Positions 37,555 to 51,190 of a stretch of DNA of 64,000 bases are shown here, piece after piece. The position numbers and the translations under genes were made by a program. How positions within the stretch are numbered: position 1 is the stretch's first letter; every line of letters starts with the position of its first letter. Under the pieces are notes generated by a model. It made no database searches. It worked only from the letters and a program-made list of their open reading frames with translations, and was not told the origin of the DNA. The DNA is taken from the NCBI GenBank assembly GCA_973895155.1, contig OZ316893.1, positions 14,290,645-14,354,644 on the forward strand, given 5' to 3'. This stretch comes from Marsupella aquatica. Its lineage: Eukaryota; Plantae; Marchantiophyta.

Positions 37555-38706
37555 TCCTATAATACGAGGTTGCGCAAGAAAAGCCGTGGTCATCATTCAA
37601 ATATAGCAGGAGAAAAAAATAGGAACGGTAAAGCATGAAAGCTATATAAAGGGAAAAAAATGTGACCCTCCACTTTCGCCGCTGCGTTCCCGTGTATTGC
37701 CACGCACTGAGTTCCTGTTGCCGCGCTAAAAGCCCTCAACTTGCCCTCGACTCACCTTGCGATGAGCCTGAGTGGACTGCGGCCAGATCGACCTCCCCAC
37801 TAGAGGGCCCTAGTGCCGACCTCCCCGCCTTGCCCCGCAATGAGCCTGAGTCAACAGCTGGCCGTTGGTCGACAGCCACCGCTGACCTCCCGGCAACCAA
37901 GGTCGCCCAATTTTTCCCCGGACAGCTGACCATCTCCGCAACCCAACTGGCCCTGACAGCAGGGGCGGCGACTCCCTCCGCGCTCCGACCCAAAAAAATC
38001 AAAGTTTCCCTCAATCGCCCCGACTCCGCAATTGAACTCCAGTCCGCGGCCTCCCCCCTGATCATTAAACCACAACTGTCCTTCAAAAGCTATGGGTTAC
38101 CCATAGTTACCATTAAAAGGAGATTTTTCCTGAAATTGTGGAACAAACTGGCATGCCAGAGGAGAAGAGCCATTGAAATGTGGAAAAGATGTGAGGTCTT
38201 GGACACTTCCCCTTATATAGGGCAAGTTGTGGTTTAACCGGTGATGGAAGCGACTACCCCCGGGTTTGGATCAGGTCCAGGCATCCTAAACATGGATTTC
38301 AGGTCTAGGCACCTAGATTTTGTCCAACAGTCAGGCCTTATAAAACTACACCACCCCTGGCCATAAGTAAGCTCATTTCTATGGTTCCAAGTGTTGGCCC
38401 AGCCCTAGGCCTTGCTATTACCTCTTGCCACTAGGTTTACCACTCAAAGGCGCGTGGGTTTGGGGCCAAAATATCGGGACCAAAGTCAATCCAGGGGTGG
38501 CAGGTCTTCAATGATGTCTTGGCTGACACGACATCTTTTTTTCTCAACGACCTCTTAGTCGACACAACATTTTTTTTCTCAACGACCTCTTGGCCGACAC
38601 GACATCTTTTTTTCTCAATGATGTCTTGGCCGACACGACATATTTTTTCTCAAAAACATCTTGGACGACACAACATCTTTTGTGCAATGCACGGGTATTG
38701 AGCTAG
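37555..38706 (+). mobile_element. Helitron-like element (5' end tentative; a second similar 5' end at 36911)
   Basis: 3' GTGCAATGCAC hairpin + GGGTATTGAG + CTAG|T, preceded by GACACGACATCTTTTTT repeats. TCCTATAATA..AGGTTGC occurs at 37555 and 36911. Confidence 0.55.
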
Positions 38707-41327
38707 TAAGTAATATTACTGTGTATTACACCTTTTTATTGCACTTGTGTACACACCACTAGGCTTATTGATCTGAGCTCATAATACTCATGGGAATATT
38801 GATTTTGACCAACCCTTGCTCAAAGTTCCCCTAGCACTCAACCACACAAAACTGACTAGGGTAAAGATTCATCCACTAGCTCTGGATTGCAACTCCAATC
38901 TTGACAGCTACAGTAAATTGCAGACTGGTATTATCAAAATGCTAGAATACATAATGCCCCTAGTGATATTTCCCTTTGTATTATTCAATGCATTCTTGGG
39001 AATCTGAAGCTTGGATGGACCTCCGTGTTGTATGTAAAGCCCGGATAGACTTTCTCAGAACCTTGAAATTGACTGAGATAACATTGTTTATACTTTAAAT
39101 CTAATGTGACCTATAAATGGTCTCCTTACCATTTGTAAACAGTTTCCATTACATTACCAAACGGTTCCCTTGGTATGAGCAATTGCCCTCTTTTTGTATG
39201 GGTTGCAAATGTAAACATTAGGACGCGTCGGTACTGGTTTTGAGCCCAAATGCACACGCAATCAGTTTGGCACGATATGCAATACAGTTAGATATGACTC
39301 TTTAAAGCATTATGCTGTTGCTGTATACTTTGGCAAGGAAAAACTTTTGCAACAGATAACATTAGGAAATGCACTATTGCACCATGCCTGATGAAGTGCG
39401 TCATCTAGTAAAGTCCTAACTTATTCGTTAGTAAGAGCCCGTGTTTTTATTAGTGCTTGGTTGCAACAACTTGATGACCTTGAACCTGAAAGATTTCAAG
39501 ACGTCATGTCATTACTCAAGAATACCAGTTTTCACTCAACCACTTCCCCAATTCCAAGTGTTAAGGAAATCATGAATTATAATATTTGACCATCTTTGTG
39601 TTCATCAAAAGTGGAACAAATTATCCCCCAAAAGTCTTAAACTTTGTCAGTAAATAGACTGGACATGAGAGACCATGTTGGAACCATTTCAGCTTAAAGG
39701 AGGATCCACAATTTCTTCAAATCAATTGACACATATGTCAAATTCAAAGGTAAGGAGTCTATTGCAAACACTTGGTGACTTTGACTACCCTGTCAAGTAA
39801 GTCTTCAAGATGTCATACACTTCTTGAAAATGCACTATTAACTCAAAAAGTTTGTGACAAGTTGACGGTTTTCGTAGAAGGCGGGCTTGAATTTGTGATA
39901 TGGGAGCACTAGAGTGACACACATGTTTTTGATCACACCTTCCATCCTCGCTTCTGTCTCAATCATCCATTTTCAACATTACAATGAGCAAAGGATATCT
40001 TCAAAAAACATGACTTGACGTCTTGACTACTCTGTCCACAGGGTAGTTAAAATCATCAAGTAACTATGATACGCCCGTCTGGCTCCTTTCTCTTTTTGGT
40101 GTAAACTCAAGGATCACTTCATGCTGTCCATGGCTATGGGCAGGGACAACTTCTCTGTCCATCTAGGCTTCAAATTTGCATTCTTGGAGAATAATGCCCC
40201 ATCAAGATTTGTATCACCTCCTTAGTAAAATTGTCGGGAAAATTGTTCTCTACTGTACTTTCACTAAAGCTACTAAAAGTAGATAAAATCAACTAGGCCT
40301 TACAATGCATCTAGGTCATACTTCCGGAACATTGTGGGGCAATAATAGCCCATTAAAATTTCAGCTGAAGCTCTCTTGTTGGGGGACATTATATACCATA
40401 ATGCTTTTAGACAAGATTTCGTTATATGAAGTCAAGCAGATTCCGATGAGTGTGGGACAGAACGATACCACGTCCCCCTATCAAGGTGCAGAGATGGTGC
40501 CAATGAAGATTGACAGACTTCACTGTAGCAAGGAACCAAATAAGTCGGCATGCAGTGACATTCCCATATATACTCACAGGAGCTCATCTTGTGGTCAGTG
40601 CCCTTCCCTTTGAAGAGTTGTTGCACACGTTCCTTTCTTCTTGACAACTTGGTGTCCCTACCCTAACCAGAGCGGCTATTTGGGGAAGGAAGAAGAGGGT
40701 GGGAGAGAGGGAGCGAGGGACTTACTGCAGAACAGAGAGTAGGGAGGGGTGTGGATCTCATTTAGTTAGAACATGGAGTAGGGAGGGAGTGTGGATGACT
40801 TCATTTAGTCTCACAGTCAAATGATGGGAACTGCAAATCCCCAAGGCATATATGGGTAGCACAGGCATTGGGGATCATCATTGGAAATTTGTAGGATGGT
40901 ATGTCAATTGAGTGTCACAACCATATCAGGTACCCCTCACAGATATCAGGTATCCCTCACAGAGATTAGGTATCAGCCTACGATATCAATGATTACAAAT
41001 AGGATTGAAGTGACTTAGCAAGGTCGTTGAGTTGTGGACTTAGAGTATTGAAGCCATCATTTTTTGAAGGACTCGGCATGGGTCGCCAAATGTTGCCCAA
41101 AGGGACTCAGTGAGGTCGCTGAGTTGTAGACTTAGAGTATTGAAGACATTAATATTGTTTGAAGGACTTTGGCCAGGGTTGTTGAAGGGATTCAACGAAG
41201 TTGTTGAAGCGATGTATGCGCTTGGTGAAGACGTTGAGCTCAGCTAATATAAGTGACTAATTACTTATATGGTTAACAACCTCTCAACTCTTAAAGAAGT
41301 TTGACAATATAAGACACATTGGAAAGA

Positions 41328-42813
41328 AGTGGTGGACCTTGCCACCCAGCGCCCTCACCCGAATCCCAACACTCATGCCTAAGTGCCCCTGGTGCCCAAA
41401 CGCCTCCATGGAATACCTTGAGCAAGCAACCTAGTGCCCCTTGCACCGCCAACGGCCCCTCCCATACAAAGCCGCACTTGCTCTCCAACACGACCGCTAC
41501 TCGACAGTCCTCACTGTCTGCACAAGCAACCAAGCACCTCGGTAAGTAACCCTTCAGGATCTAGAACTCGCCAAGTCTAGCATCCTAACTCAAGCTCAAT
41601 AGACGTTGGTAAATAGGTCAACGATCTGTCCTCCCGATGCCATAAGCCAGAACCAGAATCCACGCCCACTGTTCGTCCAGAACAACTCTTTCTTGGGCGC
41701 GGCCCGGGTTCCCCCTCGTACCTATCCATCACCAACTGACCGCCCTGACCCCAGGACATGCTCATGGCCCAATTAACGTAGCTTGTCCTAAAGCTTGTCC
41801 CAACACGCGCGGGACTAGAATGGCCCCAACTCTAGCAACCAACTCCCGGTTTACCCCACTGATGGTCTAGGGGCCAAGCACCCTTGGAACTCAACCTCCA
41901 CACCTACTTGGCCTTGCCTCCCCAACACAAGCTCCCTTGGAAGACTGAACGTGGTTTGGCTGCTGTTTGACAGGATTTGGCAAGCGGGCGAGCTAACACC
42001 CGCAAACCTTGAGAACCCATGGTGCCCCAGACCCAGCTGAGCTCAAGAGGACGTAGCCCTCCTCAAGAGCTTTCCAACGCACCCAAGAAGTCTTCCAACG
42101 GACTTCCCGTTGGGAAGATATCGTCGTTTCTGTTTGGCACTTTCCCTTAGTGTTGCGATCGCCACGGCTCATAACTTTGGCTCGCCCTTGGCCCCCAGGG
42201 AGACACCAATCCCCTCATATATGCTTCTGGAGACCTGTCACCCTCGAACCAAATTTGGTCCCTAAACATTTGGCTTCCAACCCGGATCTTCTCGCGCATA
42301 CTGGGCGCGCCACCAACTGACAACGCCCATAACTTTCTCGTTAGGCGTCCGCAAGTGGAGTGCCTTAGCCCGTTGTGATCGGGCCGACCTAGTGCTCATG
42401 CCTAGGCCCTCAGGTCTCATTGCCGCTTGGGGTCCCCGATCGGCCAAACCTGGATCGGGCCATAACTCACGCCCCAAGCGTCCGTTGCCCATGGCGTCAA
42501 CTCCATTGGCCTTGGGCCCTAGAGGAGCTCACACTCAAGTCCTCATAACTCAAAGTCTGTCCGGGGGCCCGGATGGTCGACCTTGAGTCCGGCCCCTTTC
42601 CCCTTGACCCGACCAACTCTCAGCTCGCCTAAGTCCTTAGTGTGTGTCACCAATTTGGCTTATTGCCTTCGCTAGTGCCACGTCTCATTGCCCACAATTC
42701 TCCCCATGCTAAATCCTCCCCGGATGGCCTATCCGTGCTTGGACCATAAGAGAGCTCGGCGCCGGAGTCAGCGACGCCGGAGCTAAGTGTTAAGGTAGTC
42801 GAGTTCCGCGACT
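41328..42813 (-). mobile_element. Solo-LTR-like element with AGT...ACT termini, copy 1 (1486 bp)
   Basis: 5-bp TSD AAAGA (41323-41327, 42814-42818). Ends AGTGGTGGACCT.../...AGTTCCGCGACT form an imperfect inverted repeat. Full-length colinear with 52206-55125. No recognisable protein ORF. Confidence 0.85.
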
Positions 42814-44026
42814 AAAGATCTTTCCAAACAATTTCCAATGAACCCCAAAAGCAAATTCCGCATTTGACATTGAGGGAGCTGCTCACAAACTTTCAAAACG
42901 CAGAGTGTGGATAGTAAGTGTTGGAATAATCCTTAGAAATTCATGACACTCTCAATTCTCCATGGAAACTAGATACGTCAAACTGGCTGAAAAGATCTTT
43001 CCAAGTTGCTTTTAATGAGTGCAAGAAGAGCCCTTTCGGTGGGATCTCAAGGTAGATAGTGAAGGTCAAACTTTGGTGTTGAAACCTTTTTGCGAGAAGG
43101 GTGTCAATACTCAAAGATGTCATTGTCCACGAGGGCTGCATGGTTCACTCCTCGGTCTATGGGAGCAACAAGTTCCCCCAACACATTTGGTTAGTCAAGC
43201 CCAAAATTATTATGGGCTGAACTTTGGTTAGGTATTGTGTGAAAAATAGCACTGTCAAACTGGTCCTAACTCTATATGTTAGTTGAGTCTATTGTGACCC
43301 AAAGAGAGAACACATAGCCTTGTTTATTTCTTGGTTTAGTTTTTGCGCCAACTGATATGTACAGGGTAATGACGGTTTGGTTTTGGGGTTACTAGCTTGT
43401 AACCCTGTGACCAGAAAGTGAGGAAATGCTGATTAGCGGCAGCTGGGAAATTTGTATGAGCTTTGGGAGGAACAAGTTTCAGACTAGAACCTAGCCCAAA
43501 CAACCATCATATCTAATACCTGCCCGGATAAAAGATTATGGGGTAAAATTTTCCAGGCACAGGGTTATGGAAATGGTACCACCTAGTAGAAAAGATTATG
43601 AGAGGAATTAGGACACTAGGGTACCCAAGGATCACGAAGTGGGAGGGGAGTGCTGGTACCGCCTATACCCTGCCCATGGAACCGAACACTCCCGAGGGCC
43701 GTCCTGCTCTCCTCCCCTGTTCCGTTCGAATTTTCTGTACTCACACGAAGAATGCAATATTTCGTTCCCCTTCGTTGCACTTTCCGTTCGTCCCTTTCCT
43801 TTCCTCATCGTCCAAATCTAATCCTGTTCTCGCCCAATCTCGCTGAGTCGTTTCTCCCTTCTTCCACTGGGTTGTTTCAGGGATCTACGTTCAAATCCAC
43901 CACAATCAGAACCAGATTCGCAGGACGGGGATCATCTGTTTCATTCCTGGCGTTTTTCTCGACCTTGGGTCGGTTTTCTCATCTTGTCCTGCCCTCTACT
44001 TCGATTCATTCCGAGCGGGAAGAACG

Positions 44027-45884
44027 ATGGCCTCTGCTGTTAGCGCCATGTCGGAAGTGAGAGCTGTCGCGGCGCTCGCGTCGGGGTCGATTGTGCCGGT
44101 CCGGGCGTCCAATGCCAACTCGTCGCCTTCCATGGTGTCCTTCAGAAGGGCGGGCAAGAGTGTTTCCGGGCTCTGGGCAATGCAGGTGTGGACGTTTGGT
44201 CACATTGAGAAATCTCACTGACTACATCCTGTATGTTTTCGTTGTTTTCGTTTCTGTCGGAGGGTCTAGGGTGGCAGTCGGACCTTGTGGCGTTTTTGAA
44301 TTGGTTGCTGTCGTCTAAACTGGAAACCTAGTCTAAACTGGAAACCTAGTGAGGACGACGGGAGATATTTGTCGACAGGAATGTCGAGGGTTTTTGGAGG
44401 TTTTAGGCCCGTTGTCTGCCTCCAAGCTGGTATTCACCGGGGGCCGGGGACGAGTTTTGCTGTTATCATACTGGAATCAAACCCGTAGATGCTATTTCTC
44501 TCGTTGGGGTACCCTGATTCCCATGTGGTATAAGCGAAACTTGTACCCGGCCTCATTCATGGTGACCCCGACCATCTATCTACTAACGCCATTATATCGT
44601 AACCATCGTGAATGTCGTGCCCTATTCATGATTCTCTTGTTGATATTCACTTCTCACTCTCTCTTTGTGCGAAGATCTCCTGAGGGAGTATAGCAGCATC
44701 TCTTTGACGCCGCTGTAATGTTTTCGTATATAATGTCATATGGAAGTCATGAAATAAACCAACTTTCCGTGGAGCTGCTGCTGAGGAAGGGATGCTCGGA
44801 TGCCCTGCCCGTCGAGTCCCAATCTAACCAACTCTTAGTGTGTGTTGCTGGTGTCCGATTGCATTGCGCTGCACTGGACTCACAGTTCGCAAGAAAACGA
44901 GAACGGTTCTTTTGTTTTGCTAGTTCTCCTCGATTACTGCGTACATGAAAAGGGATCTAGTACTTCCGATCAACTGAAGCTGCGATTCTAAACAACTTGG
45001 AGATTCGCTGGGGCGAAGATAGTTTATTTTTTAAATCAGAATGAACAAATCTTGTAAGTCTGAATGGCAGTCGAGTCGCGTCTAAGTAATGATTATTCCT
45101 TTGTGCTGACCTTGCAGTCCTCTGTGAGCATGGTGCACCAGAAGACCGTTGGCCCAGCAAGGCGTCTCCGTGTCTCTGCCGTGAGTTCACATCCCCGTCT
45201 CACCATTCTTAATTTCTGAACGCATTTTGCAGTGGTTGGCTCTCTTGCGTCATGTAGTCCAATTAGGGGTTTAAGGATATTTAGTTCACTATCTCACTCG
45301 GGCACTTCCTGTTGACATCGAAGAGGTCCTGACAAATAAATTACTCTTCAGCAACCTTTGGCATCGCATTGTTCGCGCATTTCTTGATTTGCACAGATGT
45401 AGGTAGTCGCTCCGGTCATCTGTAATGAAATTCTGGTTATTGATTGGAATGTTTTGATGCGAAGGCTGAGGGATCACAAACAGCAGATCCCGAGGCGGTT
45501 GTCGCTGAACCCGTTGAGAAGAAAGGGAAAGCCCCACATAAGGACGAAGGAAAGTCTACATTAGACATTGTGCGGGAAGTTATTGCAGAGCAGCTGGCGG
45601 TCAAGCTCGCCGACTTGGAAGCTGACACTGCGTTCGTTGATCTTGGGGCCGATTCTCTGGACACTGTAAGTAATTCGCTACGGTCTCGCTTGTTTCATCA
45701 TTTTATCTGCTTCCACGCTTACATCTTCGTTTTGCTGACGCTGAGATTGTCCCCATCGCAGGTTGAAATCATGATGAGCCTTGAGGAAAGATTCGACATT
45801 ACCATTGAGGAGGATGGAGCGGAGAAGATTGCCACAGTGAAAGATGCAGCAAACTTGATTGATCAAGTGAAGGCAAGCAAATAG
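44027..45884 (+). CDS. ACP: Plastid acyl carrier protein (4 exons)
   Basis: Exons 44027-44185, 45118-45180, 45465-45665 and 45762-45884 (GT-AG, phase 0). Ser/Ala-rich transit peptide and phosphopantetheine motif DLGADSLDTVEIMM. Confidence 0.93.
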
Positions 45885-47454
45885 ATATTCAGATGTAATT
45901 AGCCCAACATATATATTTGTGGCCAGCGCAGCTGCGTACAAGGGTACAAGGCAAGTTGTTACACAGTGGTTAAATTTTTTCGTTTGCATTCTAGTCAGGG
46001 TTTGTGTCGTTAAGTTCGATTTAAGTCTCGATGTACTCTATAGTTGAGGGAGATTAGTGCACGGGCTGTTCAACATGATTACTTGGCTGGTCTCAATTGT
46101 AGCACATTTCCGTCGTTTCTCAGATCTGGTATTCTGTATCAGTCACTAGTGTTGAAGGTTGAACAGTCTCCTTTTGGCAGCATCTTATCAATCATACGCT
46201 TTCCTCGGAATTTAGACTTCTAAACTTTCTGTACACGTCCTGTGGATGATGACGTTCTCCGCGCTCCCCGAAATCCCTCTCTCTACGTCCAGCCCTTGCG
46301 CGGCCACACACGAACCCAAGAAATGAGCCGCAGACCAACTTCCCTTGCAAGTGTGTTTTCAAACCAAAAATTTATTCTTCTGTTGAAGATAAGGTTTAGG
46401 GAAGTCTTAGTTGTATGTTGGTTATTGTCTGCACGTCTCAGACTCTATGGATGCTCCTGGTTGTTGAATTCGTACTACCGCGGTCTTATCTTTTTTGGCC
46501 GTTCTAAGGAATACCTGTGTAGTAGTCGTAGAAATATTCCTTTTGAACTTCCCATTCATGACCTTCAAAAGGTCTTTATTCTCGAGGAACGTAAGCGATC
46601 CCGTGAGACCAGTCACAGTAGTTTCGCAATCAACTCTTAATGTATGGCACTCGTCAATGTTGCATCAAACTGACGGAATTCGGGGATTCATATTCGGACA
46701 TGGGTTGGTAGCTGTGTAACGAGATTGGTAATGGCTTGTCTGTCGAATTCGTCCCCCTGTATGAGATTCATTTTCAAGCTAAATGTACCCATGGAAAACA
46801 TTTTTGAAGGTGCAAATTGACAATGACTGCCCAAGAACAGCAGGACCTGTGATCAAGATCGTTATCATGTGCACAGATGTAGACGGGATTGTGTATGGTC
46901 TCTTTTTCGAGACACCGTCGTTCTGAGGAGAGCATCTCACCAGATGCCAGTAGTTTGAGGGAACAGCCGTTCGTTGTGGTCCTTGAAATCCCTTTTCTTC
47001 GCAAGAGGGACTTTCCGGAAGAGGACTTGTCGGACTTTATTTGGGTCCAATTTTGAACACTAGAATAGTTGCCCACGAATTACAACTTCGATGGGAATCA
47101 GTATGCCAGTCTTGAGCAGCACTTCGAGAACCAAGTGCTTTGAGAAAAGTTATTGATTCTTCGGATTGAAAAATTGGGAAGTTTGTCAGGTACGAGCAAG
47201 TGTCGCTATGTTTCAATTGGTATCTATGCAGTCTTAATTGTTACATTGCACATAAGAAGGCAATTATTTATACTTCAAGATGTCCTCTCTTGGAACTTGC
47301 AGGAAAACTTTTGCGGTGGAACTGGTTTTGAGAAACCGAGGCAGGGACTGGAATGTAGCACCATTGACTGATCGAAGTGCTGGGAGTTCACCAGCGGTAG
47401 CTAGAAGCCCAACTCAGGCCATAAAACTAGGCGCAAGTATCCCAAAGTGAATTA

Positions 47455-49712
47455 CATATCACAGTGCCCAAGGACACGCCCAATGAAGGGGAGGAAAAAG
47501 GGGGAAAGGGTCCCAAGAAAAATAAGCCAAGGGTCCCAACCAAAAGCCAACAAAGGGACCAAGCAAAAAAGTAACCTACAAAGGAGACGTGAAGGCTAAC
47601 ACCCTATTGAGCGGATAACTGGTAGAGCCCCAGAGTAAATCAGAGTGTCACAAAGTGGAACCTGTCGGGAGATCCTAAAACCAACTGTCTCAGCCCTATG
47701 AAGGAGGGTGAAAGCCTTGGCCCGTTGAAGAGCCATAGGTACCAGCTGCCAAAAAAAGATGGCGAGGACAAAAATAGTGGGGAGAGGTTTCCTCTTGATA
47801 CAAAAAACCACACAGGTTTGAAGGATCTGGTCGAAAGTAGGGTGGAGAGCACCAAAAACCTCAAGGGCAAAGGGGTAGAAAAAATCCTCGGGTAGCAAAG
47901 TGCATAGGCCTCCTCCTTGAGCCAGGCAGCATGGCCAAGCACATGGGCAACAACTGCAACATGGCTCCCCCTAGTATGATCAACAACAACCACATCCCCA
48001 AGAGCACGAACCCCAGCCCCAGAAAAGACCAGATCCGCTCGCCGCTGGTCAGGAAGACCATCTCAAGGGGGAAGAACATATTGTTCCATAGTGACATGGT
48101 AACCAGAGTCCCAAGCAATGGCAGCCCGCACGCCCCAAATGTCATCATGTGTGGCAATTCTCTCACTCACATGGCCGCACCTGAGGATATGAGCTCCCCG
48201 ATGAGCTCCCAACGAATCCAACAATGCCTCACAAACACACGTGGGTTGGCCAAGAAGGCAAAGGTGAGGAAGTCCCAACCTAAGTCGCAGTGAAGTGGTA
48301 AAGATAAAGGAGCTCATCCAAAAGGACTAGCAAACAACCAAGCTCAAGAACCCGTTCCCACACAAGATAGGAGGGAGCCCAAACCAAGTCGGAAGGTCCG
48401 TCCGAGAGCATGTTGGAAAGGGTGTGACGGTGCATGCGGTTGGAAATCCCTTGTTGGACACGGTCCGGACTGTCTAGAACCACCTCCATGAAATTAGGAA
48501 CAACAACTTGCACAACCTTGGGCAGGAGTGAACGGATCCGGTGAAGGCAAACCTGGAAAGTGAGGACCCCCTCCTCAACCCCCATGACATGGTCAAAGAA
48601 GATGGGCTGAAGATAAACAATGAAACAAGAAGCAAGAAGCAAGGGCCACCGTTGCCCAACTCCCAAGGAACATGCAAGGGGCAGTGGAAACAGTTGAGGA
48701 AACACCCATGTCACCATTGGAAGGTGGCAGGGCAGTCTGCCACCGTTGGAAGGGTTCCAGGGCCCATAAGGTGTCCAAAGGTCCCCATCACAGTGGTGTC
48801 AGAGGATGAGAGCAAGGAGAAAAACAAGGGAGTGGGCAAAACTGTCCGAAGAAGGTATGAAGGGAGTTGGACCAAGCATTGGACCAAAATCATGAAGACA
48901 GTCTGAACATTGCCAAGGGTCATCAATTGGTCGATGTGAAGAACATGCTAAGACAATGCCACCTGCAAAACTCACGAACAAACGCATCCTCCCCGAATGG
49001 GACCCCTAGGACCCGAATGCCCTCCTCACAAAGTGGGACACCAAGGGGAGGGGAGAAAGAATCCGGGAGAGGATGCGGAGATCAGACCCGAGCACTTTTG
49101 AGACTGCACCAAAAGGCCAAGAAGCGTCAGCTAGTCAACAAAGTGGAGATAAGCATTACCAAGGATCAAGATTGGTCCCACCAAATGAGTATCATCAGCA
49201 ATGGACAGAAATATGCACCCCGGAAAGGCAAGCAAAGAGGCCCAAAGAGCACAAAAGTGTGCCATGGCAAACAAAGCCCCACCGATGGGATCACCCTGCC
49301 AAGTACCTGACTCAGAAAGAATAGTCGTGTAGGACTCAGGACAAAGGCAGTCATGATAGAACAAAAGGGCAGGGGTCCCATAAAAGGCCCCAACAAAAGG
49401 AATGAGGGAGACAATCTCCCCACCTGCCTCCCACAATTCCTAAAAAGTAGCACGCCGAGAGGCAGTGTTGAATGCATTGGCCACGTCCACTTGGATGACC
49501 ACCCAATCAGGATGGATATCCGCGATTGAACACAGGCCATGCAAAACACTCTCACAACCTCGGGGTGGCCACCCCAAACTGAAGAGGGGAGAGGTGAGAA
49601 GCAAAAGGTGACTGAGTCTGAAGGCAAATACAACGACTAGCCATCCGATAAACAAACTCACCAATGGCAAGGGGCCACACCCCTGTAGGCTCCTTGGCCA
49701 TGGCTTTAGAGA
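47455..49712 (-). mobile_element. Decayed, 5'-truncated CRE-like non-LTR retrotransposon (RT + C-terminal restriction-like endonuclease)
   Basis: Frameshifted fragments: WVVIQVDVANAFN, GTWQGDPIGGALF, SIADDTHLVGP, GIRVLGVPFG, Zn-like AHILRCGH..RIATHD, RADL...DV and FYPFALEVFGAL. Confidence 0.75.
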
Positions 49713-50062
49713 TCAATTAGGGATCATAAGCTTGTTGGGAGTTACTATTGCAGCAATTTGGGGCAAGCATGGCATTAACTTGGTCTATGAAGGTTGTTAT
49801 GTTCTGCTAGATGATGGGAAGCTGTGTGCTTTAGGGCCAAGTGCCCAAAGAGCTAGACTGAACAGAGAATAACAGTGTAGGAGCACAAAAGCGGAATCAT
49901 GTGAATCCTTTTCGTCGACCAATTGGTTTAGGGCAATATATGTACAATTTTGTTGTGCAAGTCAATGATGATGATATCCAAGTGTGGGAGGAAGTTGGCT
50001 GTCAATTGTGTGGCATCATTAGACATGAATTTTAGTAACAACTTAGTAGACAATAGAGGAAT

Positions 50063-50916
50063 TGTTACCACGCCATGAATGAATGTTGGGTAATAAAAAG
50101 TTATGGAAGTTGTAAGAGAAAGAGAACCAAGCAGATATTAAGGTTTCACAAGATGAGAACCAGCTTAACGTATCGACGGATAGGAGAAGGAACCAGTGAA
50201 ATAAGAATGGAACAAGTGAAGGCGACAATGCAAAAACTCAATTTGCAAGCTTGAAACATCAGAGGCAGATAAAGGAACCAGAGATGACAACTCGGGAGCA
50301 AGATTGATCGGAGAACAACGAGCAAAGTGGTGCACTATTCAGTAGTTAGTAATAGGTAATAGTTAATTGTCAATAAGAGTTACCAATTAACGAGTAGAAA
50401 CAATTAACAGTCAACAAGTAGTCTAAGTATTTGAATAAAATGGTTATAGAAATCGAATAAATAATTTGGCAGTTACAATTGCTGATGGTAACTAAGGGAA
50501 GTTAGGGAAATCTGTCTATATGGAGGGTATAGGTCAAGTAGGAGTGAATAGAGGTCTTTTGTTGTGCAAACTTTCCAAGATCGGAGGCAGCCCAGGAAGA
50601 GGTCATGCCAGATTGCTAGACCTGGAGGTAAAGATAGAAGCCCATGGAAGAAAAACCTTGTAAAAGAAATTGATTGTGATTATTGAATAGAAGGTGCAAT
50701 TGAGGTGTATTTGCAAACTGCAAGGAGCATTTGATTATAGAGCTTATGTTTCTTGAATGCAAAAAGAAGTAAAGTTAAAGAATTGATTGTGAAGAAAAGA
50801 TGGCTAGAAATGTTGACTTTTGAGAATGAGAAACTCATATTGATTTGGCTGGAACCGTTCAAAGGAAGAATCAGAGTTGTATTGCATATGGAGATTGTAA
50901 TTGCAACCCATTAACA
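50063..50916 (-). mobile_element. Possible solo LTR remnant (TG...CA, no TSD)
   Basis: Ends TGTTAC (50063) and TTAACA (50916). Non-coding. The flanking 5-mers do not match. Confidence 0.25.
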
Positions 50917-51190
50917 TTGTTAGAGGTCTCCAGTCTTTTAGATAGTGTTTATCAAGTTTCTTTGGTATAAATTTTATAATCCCCTTGCATATTCCGCCAT
51001 CAAGAACACCATAGAGCCAAAATTCTTGTATCATATCCACCAAATCTTGGCCCATGAATCCCCAACATGCCCTACATACACCTCTGCTGTCAAGCCATCT
51101 GGCCCTGGAGATTTGCCAGTCGGCAAAAGCCATAGTACATCTTTCACCTCCTGAAAGGAAGGAAGCTTCTCCATCTGTAGGATCTCCAAA
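50911..51190 (-). mobile_element. Inverted 5' fragment of the L1-like LINE RT
   Basis: QEVKDVLWLLPTGKSPGPDGLTAE...CWGFMGQDLVDMIQEFW...IKFIPKK...KDWRPLTML on the minus strand. Confidence 0.85.

Noticed and set aside
37662-38237. 191-aa ORF
   Set aside because: GTG start, low-complexity Ala/Pro/Ser content, no recognisable domain, and it lies within a Helitron-like element.
41328-42813. Short ORFs inside the AGT...ACT element as protein genes
   Set aside because: The frames are mostly not preserved between the two copies and carry no known motifs.
45444-45884. Single 146-aa ACP ORF
   Set aside because: It reads through an in-frame intron (45666-45761). The real gene has four exons.
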